DNA of 59,761 bases, the filler included, from Sphacelaria rigidula (lineage: Eukaryota): the NCBI GenBank assembly GCA_964200075.2. It is 8 parts of 8 records of this genome, joined end to end, with 100 filler letters (N's around TTAATTAATTAA, not from the genome) between each part and the next. Parts side by side here need not be neighbours in the genome. Positions count along the whole stretch, not along the records: positions 44,898 to 52,279 come from CAXNAA020015173.1; positions 52,380 to 59,761 come from CAXNAA020015174.1; 6 more parts are not named here. The stretch is one strand, 5' to 3'. Below are positions 50,110 to 59,761 of the stretch, piece after piece. The notes under the pieces were generated by a model that was given only the letters and a program-made list of their open reading frames with translations, ran no database searches and was not told the origin of the DNA. The position numbers were made by a program, and so were the translations under genes. Position 1 is the first letter of the stretch; each line of letters starts with the position of its first letter.

Positions 50110-52898
50110 CTGCGGTCGGTGTGTTCGAGTGACTTCGGTAGGCGAGGTACAACAGCTGGGGAAAGCTATTATGTCAGGACGTCCTCCTGCCCCGCTTACA
50201 ACCTTGTCATAATACAAAACCACCGTGACGCGCTGTGCCTTTAGCCAAACAACGCTGTAGTAGCAGCAGGGACACGCGGCTAATCGGGTGCAATCTATCT
50301 ACCTTCAACCAGCTGCGTCAACAATTGGAAAACAATCCAAATCCTGCTTTACCACAACACACATTCGACTAGAATCTTTCCATACCCGTCGGTCGTTTCT
50401 AGATCAATTGTAGTACTCCTGTACTAGTTTAATTCAGACCTTCAGTAGCTTACCATCACATTAGCCCACCCTGGATCATTCAAGTGCAGTCACTCTTCAG
50501 AAGGGACGAACTTGCATCGGACCAAACCTTTCCCACACCACAGAAGACTGAGCCTCCATCTGAAGGTCGAGTCCTCTTTAGTACGTGGAATGGGAAGGGG
50601 CGATCAACACAAGAAAAGCAAGAAAATACAAACACAAGCACAAAGCAAAAATAATAAAAAGTCGAACCGATAAAATGATTATGTGTCCGCATGTTCCGTG
50701 AGCTCTTCAGACGGAGTCATGTCAAATCCCAAAATACAAAATACAGAATCAACGATCAAGACCATATACCACAAAATGCAATTGTTCAGAATGTCGTGAG
50801 CATTTCCGGGATAACGCCAGGAAATCAGAGACCTATCATTGAAAAGATCATCCTACCCTACCATAACTATATCATGAATAAATAGTTTGCTCTTTTCCGG
50901 ATGTCCGATTTGTTTTGGGCCATTGGTAGAGAAACAAGCAAGCCCGCCAAGGTATTTCATCACACCGAAAACCAAGTTCATGCTAATCACTCGTCCGAGT
51001 CAATCAGCAAAAGCCAGCAACGTACAGCCGATTTCGTCGCGGAAATGGTAGTTTCCCGCGAAAACCATACGTTGATAAAAAAGAAAGAGTGATACTGACA
51101 AATCAACCCGTTTGACGTTAGTTACTTGTCGGTACATGTTTGTGAGAACAACGACTTGCTTGGGACGTCTGGTTGATGATCCAGTCGTACAGCATTTCTT
51201 GTTTTTCTTCTCACACGACGATACGAAAACAACCGACCGGTTTGTGAGATCAGGTGTCCGTACACGTCAAAAGAAACGTGGTGGACAATACACAACCTAC
51301 GGGTCTCCTACGTAGTTTCGAGGCGGATCATCCAACACATTTCTGAACCACGACAAATAAACAGGACAGGGAGGACCAACGCAGCCCACTCCTCACAGTA
51401 TTTGCCCGTTCGGACTAAAACGAGACTGGACCGAACACAAACTGGAGTAAAGCCCACAGCCGGTCGTACCGTCACGTTACTTCGTCCAATAATCTCTGAT
51501 AAAAACAAAACACTACCGACCAATTTCAGGGGCGGGTAATTGTTCGCAAAAACTGGTAAAAGTGACAGAAAAAATAGCGAGTGGCGGACTCTGAGCCTGT
51601 AGGCTGTACCAACGGTCGAGTATCAATATGGCGGAACGAACAGTTCCGAAAGAGCGATCTGCCTTATCATGATACGTGATGGTCCTGTATGAGGAGACGT
51701 CAGCAACCGATCTTACCGCGACTTCAATAACAATTCTTCAACACCGCTGTGTACGACGCGGCCAGTGGTGGCCTCGTTGTCCAATCACCAAAGTATAAAT
51801 CATCGCGTCGGATTTACCCGTGACCCTGTAAACGAGGTCGGTAACATGCAGCAGGACTCGCAAAAAGTATACCAAGTGTTCCAGACTCGAGGGTCAGGAA
51901 CGTTGGAACACTCGTGGCGAAATTCCCGACATAGACGCAGAAACCAAAACCAAGATAAATACAAAACCAGGGGCACGCTGGGCAAAAGCGAACACGAAAA
52001 TCCGCAACATAAGGCAGAAAAACAACACGTGGCAACCGTCCCTGTGAACGGGAGCAGCTATCGTGTGTTTGAAGCAAGCAGGGTTAAAAGCTTCAGCCAA
52101 GAAGGTCAAAACATTTCAGGCAAACCCATGTTAATATAAAACTCAACGTAGGCGCACACAAAAAGGGAACACGTCACGACCGATCCCCAAGAGAGAGGGG
52201 ATATAACAGCAAATTGTGAGAATTTAGGTTTAACTCTGAATTGAGGCTCAAGTGGGCAACCCAACTTGCGAACTGTTTGNNNNNNNNNNNNNNNNNNNNN
52301 NNNNNNNNNNNNNNNNNNNNNNNTTAATTAATTAANNNNNNNNNNNNNNNNNNNNNNNNNNNNNNNNNNNNNNNNNNNNGATAGATCATCAATTAGAACC
52401 GGCTGAAGGAAAGTCCGCTTCTTAGGCGGCCCAGCCTGTAGGGCATAATGAAAACAAATACCCGTGAACACAAGTTTTTTTGGCCCTTCTCCGTCCTTTT
52501 TGTCCCCCAAAGATGGCTAGGCGGATGTGAACACCTTGGAATGACTGGCTCTACTCGCTGAGAGTGTTTCAGAGCACCTTTGCGTTTCTGTAGGTCACAG
52601 TTTCGTTCTTGGCCAAAAATGCATTTTCAATAACAAACGGTCAAGGTATTGAAAAACTGGCAGTTTTCCCGCTGTTTTTCGATAACTTGACCGTTTGTTA
52701 TAGAAAATGCATTTTTGGCCGAGAACGAAAATGTGACCTACGGAAACCTCAAAAGTGCTCAGGAACCGTTTCGGCGAGTAGAGCAAGTCATTCCAAGGTG
52801 TCACCAGCCGCCTAGCCCTCTTTTCGGGGAAAAACGACGGAGAAGGGCAAAAAATGCACTTTTCGACAATTTTGATTTTTTGATACACAAGTAGCCTC

Positions 52899-53258
52899 AA
52901 GGGCATTTTACTGATACCTGAAAACTTGTTATTGCCCTTAACTTATGAAACAAGAAACTTGTGTGCACTGATATTTGTCTTCATGATGCCCTATTCATTG
53001 TACATACCAAAAAATGGGTCCAACTCTAAATATTGGCGGTTAGTGGGACGTTTAGTGACGGGTCAGCAGAAGTTCGGAACAGTATTTCGCATGCCACTTA
53101 CCGGCCTTCGTTTGGTGCTTGTTAGAGCTCGGCAATGGTTTGTCTAACCATTAACCAGTTGAATGGTTATGCGTAGCGCACTCATCAACCAGTAAAATGG
53201 TGCATAATGGTTTCGGTCATCGAGCGGCGCAGCCGCGAGCCGAAATGACCCCCCGGCA

Positions 53259-53296
<38 letters not shown>

Positions 53297-53430
53297 GCGC
53301 GCGCGGAGGGGGTGGGCCGGGGAGGGGTAAGGGAGACAGACAAAAAAAGAAAANNNNNNNNNNCCAGGCGGGAGGCTGGTGGATTGCGGTGGCCGCGTGT
53401 GGGGGGTGGGGGGGCGGGGGGGCGGCCTCG

Positions 53431-53463
<33 letters not shown>

Positions 53464-54330
53464 CGCTGGAGGCGCCGTGCCCGACGTACGTTTGTACACG
53501 AATTGGCTTCACTAGAGCTAAAAAATACGTCAACTTTGGGCCAATTTCAAGGGCTGAATGTAGCATACGTAGCCAGTAACGGTAAATAATGGTTTGAAAC
53601 CATTATCCAATGTTTTCATGTAACGATTACCATTATTACAATTAGAATGATAATGGCCAGTTGTAACCAGTACCGTTTCTGAGCTCTAGTGTCAGTGTAT
53701 TGAAAATTTGTGTGGGCCGTGGCAAGGGCATAATTGACGAAACAAAGTCAGTCAGGTTGATTTTGTTTCCAACAGATTAAGGGCGTTTTAGTATGGAAAC
53801 GACTATTTTTTCACGAGAACGCCCAAAACTCTCCTAGAAATAAATTTGAGGGTCATGTTTTTTTTTCAGCATTCCTTGCGGTTTTTAATACTGAGTTTCA
53901 AATCAAAATTTTAAATATTGAGCTAAAAAAATGAGATGAGGCCCAAGAGCAGTGTTCATTTCTCCTCAAAACTGCCCTAAACACCGAAAGAAATGAAAAA
54001 GTCGTTCCTGTTAGCGTCATTACGCAACATTGGTTCTCCATACAAAATTTCATAGCGCATTTCTCTCGAAAACTGAGACGCGATATCCAGATTTAGTTCA
54101 CCTAGTGCCTCTGCTCGTAATGTATTGATTTTAGTATGGGAACTTATGTTCGCCATATTTCGAGGTAGATGACGAATTAGGTCAAGGTGAGGGTATCTGT
54201 CTATCGTCTCCTCGTGCTCCAGGGGATGTCCACACCAAAAATTGTCGTCATCCGCTGAATGCATCGATCGGGGGTTTCATATAGGTTTTAGTGTGGACGT
54301 TATCTCCATACGGTATAGCAATTACCAGAC
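52899..54330 (+). mobile_element. Longer homologue of the 21700-22350 element, with insertions and a low-quality G-run region
   Basis: Three colinear homology blocks start at 52899, 53724 and 54228. Confidence 0.65.
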
Positions 54331-55218
54331 ATGGGTTTAATTAACGAGAAAAATATTGGCCCAGACTTTGAAGCCGATGGGCACCTTCCATTTGATAAGA
54401 CGATTCATACGATATGCGGATCATGTCCCAACTCATTTGTGTCGACGAGACATTGCTTCAAGAGCTTGAATCCGTTTCTAGGATGGCCCAGCTTGTACCT
54501 ATCCCTGTGCTCAATTCATGCTCTATGCTGCAAGGTGGCGGTGGTAGCTGAGTAGGTTGGATGGAGTTTGCATGATCCTGTGAACAGGTGTTATCTGGCG
54601 TGGTGGTGCGTAAGATAAGAGTCAAATGCCGCCTCGTGCCTTTCGACGGCATGTCTTTGATCGAAAATGATTATTTTTCGTCTCGACTAGTGTTTCTCCG
54701 CGCGCCGCTAATAATAATTTCGAGTGGAAGCCTTTCAGCAGCATGATTGATAGGGTGGACTTATCAGATCGGCCAAAAACATTTGACCGCATCTTTTCGA
54801 TCGAAAAAAAAAAGTTGCCAAGACACGCCCTAAGAAGTAGGCTTATTTTATGGCCCCTCTGGTGGGCCACACCACTGCGTTTGGTCTTGTGGAAAGATCT
54901 TGGCGGATTCGCTCCATGAATTGTGGAGAAATATCAAGTCATGATGCGATTCATCCGAGGGGGCGGGGGTGACTTTATCAGATCCCTACTCAAAGGGGGT
55001 GCAAGGTCTCAAGGACTCGTCTCACTGAAATCAGTCTACTTCTATCCTACAAAGTCAGGCTGCTCTGCAAAAGCCACGGCCGATGTGCGTACAATCGCTT
55101 TACATCTGACAGCTTATCCGACAAACCCGACACCTCATCTTCAACGTCAGTCTCCATCCCTCTTCGGGTAGTTGCCAAACTTCTAGGTGAACAAGGGCTC
55201 TACATCTCCCGTCCGTAA

Positions 55219-55389
55219 GGCCAACTCTTACGGAAGCGTTCGAAATTTTATTTTGCTACAGAGGAGTCTTTTTTCTTCTGCCATCATGATGAACGGGCAC
55301 AAAATACACGACTACGGCAAAGAAGAAAAAAAAAAGTCGTTTCAAAATATTGCATTATAAAATTCTAAACGCTCCCGTGAGAGCTGGTT
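55219..55389. mobile_element. PIF/Harbinger-type MITE
   Basis: TAA|GGCCAACTCTTACGGAAGCGTTCGAAATTTTAT ... ATAAAATTCTAAACGCTCCCGTGAGAGCTGGTT|TAA. Confidence 0.7.
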
Positions 55390-56389
55390 TAACTCCACTA
55401 ATTAACACAGTGTTGCATTCCTGTGAAACCCGTAAGGTTCCTGCTTGTGAGTCGTGTTACACGCCTTGTGGTAGCCTCACCGGATGAGAGGCTAGCGATC
55501 GATGGCCACCGTCCTAGGTAAAATGGGATGCACCCGCTATCCGCGGGTTCCTTTCATACATACTTGCATATTGCAGTAGCTCCACAGTAACTCTGTATGC
55601 GCGACTCTACATTACATACTGTCGTACTGCAGCGGAGCTTTCAACCATGATTCTGGCGGACCAATACAGGGATGAAACTCGGGTCCCTGCGCGCACGCTG
55701 TAGAGAGCGATTACGCATGCAACGTCGTTTTTATGCCGTCGACGAGTTGCGTAAGAACGGCGCCGCTGCAGCTACGGCCCATGACGTATACTTCCTCTCA
55801 AATAATCTCAGTGCTGGTACACAAAGTGTCTCCTCAGGGCTGCCGACGGGCGGCACAATGCACTTCGCCCGATAAGAAGAGAAAAGGTACCGCACGCATG
55901 CTTCGAGAATTCGAGCACCAGCCCAAGTTGTCAACAGTCAACGTTTCAGTCAGTAGTTCGTCACCCCAGCCTTCCTGCGCACCGGCAACCTGCGTTGCCA
56001 GCTCTCAACATGAGGCGGATGCACAGAAAGCAATACACAGTAGATTATGTACGGGGGTAGCTGTCTCCGATAAACCCTGTCGTGTCTTGCACGGCTTGCG
56101 CACAGCGCATACAGTAGCACATACAAATGGGATTGCCAACTTCAGTTGCACACATTTACCTTACAAGACAGGCATATTTGCGGTACCGGCGGCATCTGGT
56201 ACTAGAAAAACAGCTTTAGTAGCTTGAGACATGAGACGGTCATCTCCCCCAAGACACAATGTTGAACGGCTGTACTACTGTCGACATGGAGTACACGTGC
56301 ACGACAACACTCTGATAAATTTTGCACGATACGACATGGACCCGAGTCTGTGAAGACCAGGAGGTACAGCAAGCCACCACATGAAGCAC

Positions 56390-56771
56390 CTGCGGGTAGC
56401 CCTCCAGACCCTCCAGAGTCATACTCCTGTCGCGGTAGCGTGCTTGGCTGAGCGGCCTCTGGCAAGTGACCCTGCGATACGTCCGCCCTCACGGAGGGTT
56501 TCTCACTTCCTCCGGGCCGTACGTGCTCCGCCGACGCAGAAACAAAACGCGGTGGTGCTGCAGCTGGCGTTGATCCACTTGGACTCGGGGAAGCCCCATG
56601 TTTTTTGGAAGAAGACATTTTCCCTCTAGCGGTCTTTTTCTTCGCCGCGTTTGGCTTCTCCCACTGGGTTGTCTGCGTTGTTGTGTCAACGTACATGACA
56701 ACAGTTGTGTACGTGACGGTTGCACAGAGTTGGGCTATGGTGTATCTCTTGGGTCTCCACGTATGGATCAC
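56390..56771 (-). CDS. WW-domain-like coding segment (exon or pseudo-exon)
   Basis: MYVDTTTQTTQWEKP matches the C-terminal half of a WW domain. A Ser/Pro/Ala-rich linker follows and ends at GLPAG (a typical WW start), at a possible GCAG|GTGCTT donor. Confidence 0.45.
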
Positions 56772-59149
56772 ACACGTTGACTATGTGCACCGCAATTTTG
56801 TGCGGAAAAATCGCGATGGTGCTGCGCAACGATTGCCTAATCCTAGAAAAGCATGGTGGGTGTAGGAAGAAGTTTCAGAACTCAACGGTTGTTCGATCCC
56901 CCGACTCCACTACCTGTACTGTGTAAGCTCTGCGTGTGTGGAGAAATCCACGGTCAACACGGATTGCGTGGGGCGATGTTGCACTCCGATGTGGCGAGAG
57001 CGACAAATTTCAGATCCATAAATAATGAGCTCTTGTCACTGCTGGTTGTTCGGAGTGCCTGGGAAGTACGGATGGCCTCTCAGTCAACTCGTGGCTTGAT
57101 GAACTTTTTGCATTTTTTGTGCCCTTTTATTTATACGGCTCCTCGATGAATCCGTTTCTTGTAGCCGTTTTCGCCTGTCGGTTGCACAATCGGGCTAGTG
57201 AGTGTGCCGTAGAGCATCGTCCGATGTCTCTTCTTGCTTGCGGTTCTATCCGCGCATATTAAATACTGTCACGCATCGCAGTGGAGTAGATGGGTTCGAA
57301 TACATCAGAGAGCGAGACACTGTTAGTTTGCGGGATCTTTCGCATGGCCGCTCACCCTTGTTGCGTGGTTGATGTACACCAGCCTCCCGCCCACATCACG
57401 TGCTTCCCAATCTGGACGTAAAAAACATCAGAATGTAGAGAACAATATCATACAAAGTAAGTACAGCACTCGTATGCTCTCTGGTCAGTAATCTCCCGTC
57501 TACAGTACAGTAGAATAGAGTCAGTACAGCCAAGACGCAGCGTTGTATACAGTGCGGGATGGTGAACGTACACAGGTCAGCTTGCCCTCGCCTCTCACAA
57601 CCCCAACTGAGATACAAAAAAATCAGGGCACCGAGATGAAAAGAAAGCACATACGCACACGTCCTGCCTTACACACGATCAATACTCGTCCCATGACCGC
57701 GTCGGGGCCTGACAACAAATGTGAAGGGGGGTGCGGGACCCTTCGGGTGGTGTGAGAGCACTTCTGTACACCCCCAGGTCTCGGACACTCTTGTATGTTC
57801 AAAACATTGCGCCGCACAGAGCCAAAATTAAGAAAACCACAACACGACGACAAGCCCATCGCCTGTGAAGCATAAACAAATCTCCTGCTTGACACAGTAA
57901 AAGCAAGTGAGGCACTCCTTGCCTTGTAATAGTTGGAGTTTTGACATCACGTCATCGGGGGAGGAAGTGGTCAGACTTCGATCGTCATGTGAACGGCTTC
58001 AGCTGTACTGTGCTGCACTGTCTGTTTTACTGTGGCCGTTGTTCGTTGTTGTACTGTACTTTTGTCTGCCTGTTTTACCTCATTTTTTCGAAAGAGAATC
58101 AAAGAAGTCAAACGAATTTCAGGAATCGCGACCACTATGCCGATTTACTCACTTGGGGGCAAGTCGGTGGGGATGGAGACCTTTGGCATTTTACTCCCAA
58201 CGCTCTCCCTCCAAGCGTGCTGCTTACCCCGTGTCCCGCGCCTATATTACTACTACTGTTCCACGTGCGAGTAGTTTCACTCTACTTCTGACATGATGAG
58301 TCCAGCCCGTCAAGTCGGGTTTGCTACGGTGCTGTTTAAAGTCGCTCGCTTTGAAATTTGGTCATACTCATATTTTATCATGCAAAAAATAGAAAACAAA
58401 TTCATGGAACAAACGTGTGAAACTGCTCCGCCTGACAAGATAGTGCACTGCTGTTGTGCAGCAGAAAACGAAACCCTTTCGTGCGACTTCAGTGAGATCG
58501 GGAATGTAGAGAGGGGATGAATGTACCCCATGTTGTATGGATGCGTTGGAGCGAGCTTGGAGGAAATGTTTTGACATTTGAACACCTCGCACCAGCCCTG
58601 GCGCGGGTAATGGTTTCGTGTTGTACTTTAAGAACAATAACGCCTCCAAAAAATCTTCCGAACGGTGTGATGGACCGGGCACCGTGATTGCGGCGATACT
58701 GTTGCTGTGGTGTCACAAGCCACCTACGTTGCGCTCGACGGGACTGCACACCGCCCTACAACTAGAGGAAGGTGAGGTTAGTGATGCATAACGGTGGCAC
58801 AGGTGTACGCAAGGGTGAATCATTTGTGCAGAAGGAAGCTGTAGATTGCACAGAGGAAGCTTCGATATACGAGAACAGTGGGGGTCTAGTGGAGGTTTAG
58901 TGTAGCCATAATGCCAACAGGCTGCGGTGTGCGGATGGGCACGGCGCATGTAGGGAGCATGATGGAACGAAACGCAACGAAAATCGTTTCGAGACATAGC
59001 GCAGGGCAGCATTGGCTACAGTTTAGTTAGCCCTCAGACAGCGACCCCCCTGCGAGTGGACTGAGTTGGACTATGACTATCTTCAGAACAGCTCTTTTTT
59101 CGCTACACCCAACGCCCTTGTCATGAACATGTGGATATTCAAATTGCAC

Positions 59150-59332
59150 AGGCACCGTACGAGTAGGTAAGGTAGGTACCCGGTACCGGTATTTTGGACA
59201 TCTCATACCCCACCAATACCGACCAAATCCGGTATTTTGAAATCTCATACCTACGATACCTACTACGCATACCACGGTATGGGATACCCCGGGAAATACC
59301 GGGGGTACCCCTGGTATTTACCGAACGCTATG
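59150..59332. repeat. GGTA/TACC-rich MITE-like repeat
   Basis: Repeated ccggtattttg.a.atctcatacc and ggtacc motifs, similar in style to 30250-30804. Confidence 0.4.
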
Positions 59333-59761
59333 CACTCCCCACGATGCAACAGCTGGTGCCAACTCACGCTGAGGCCAGAAGCTGTCGGAGCAGGCACGTC
59401 TTGTTTTCATAGGTGATAATTAATACCCAGATTCCCCCTGATTTTCGTGTTTTGATCAATTCAAGTTAATTATTCCCATGTCATCTGATGTTTTTGGTGT
59501 GCGGTTATAGATATAAGATCATCATTTGAAGGTTTACATTGTTCCATGTCGAAGATGAGCACCATACGCAATAATATTCCACGTGCAAGCAAACAAGCAG
59601 AAAAAGAACGAAAATGAGGGGGGGAAAGAAGAGGCGAGGGGTCGCAGGAGGCATACAATATACACAACAATGTGCCAAAATACCAATTAAATAAGCTTCC
59701 ATATATATCCTCCGTTCCCCGTCCTCCGACGAAGGCCATGACCGGTCTTGTCGGTACGGCG

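Noticed and set aside
53185..53589. Pro/Gly-rich ORFs
   Set aside because: They derive from homopolymer G runs around an N gap in low-quality sequence; the same applies to 19140-19680.

Overview
This is eukaryotic, repeat-rich, intron-containing DNA of about 50% GC. The repeat and splice style suggests a brown alga or other stramenopile (inference). The window is not contiguous: seven identical 100-nt N-TTAATTAATTAA-N spacers recur every 7482-7483 bp, giving eight joined segments of about 7.38 kb. The one confident host gene is the first coding exon of a PiT/PHO4 (SLC20) phosphate transporter (1877-2137, minus). Weaker exon candidates lie at 15.2-16.7 kb, 42.2/44.3 kb, 50.0 kb and 56.4-56.7 kb (WW-like). 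Most of the rest is transposon-derived. It includes a young Ty1/Copia RT-RNaseH with one nonsense codon, decayed Copia and Ty3/Gypsy relics, and an Academ-like nuclease/CXC relic. There are also tRNA-derived SINEs, LINE-like 3' ends and many MITEs with resolvable TIRs and TSDs. No convincing novel multi-gene system was found; the most interesting signals are unusual transposon architectures and nested insertions.
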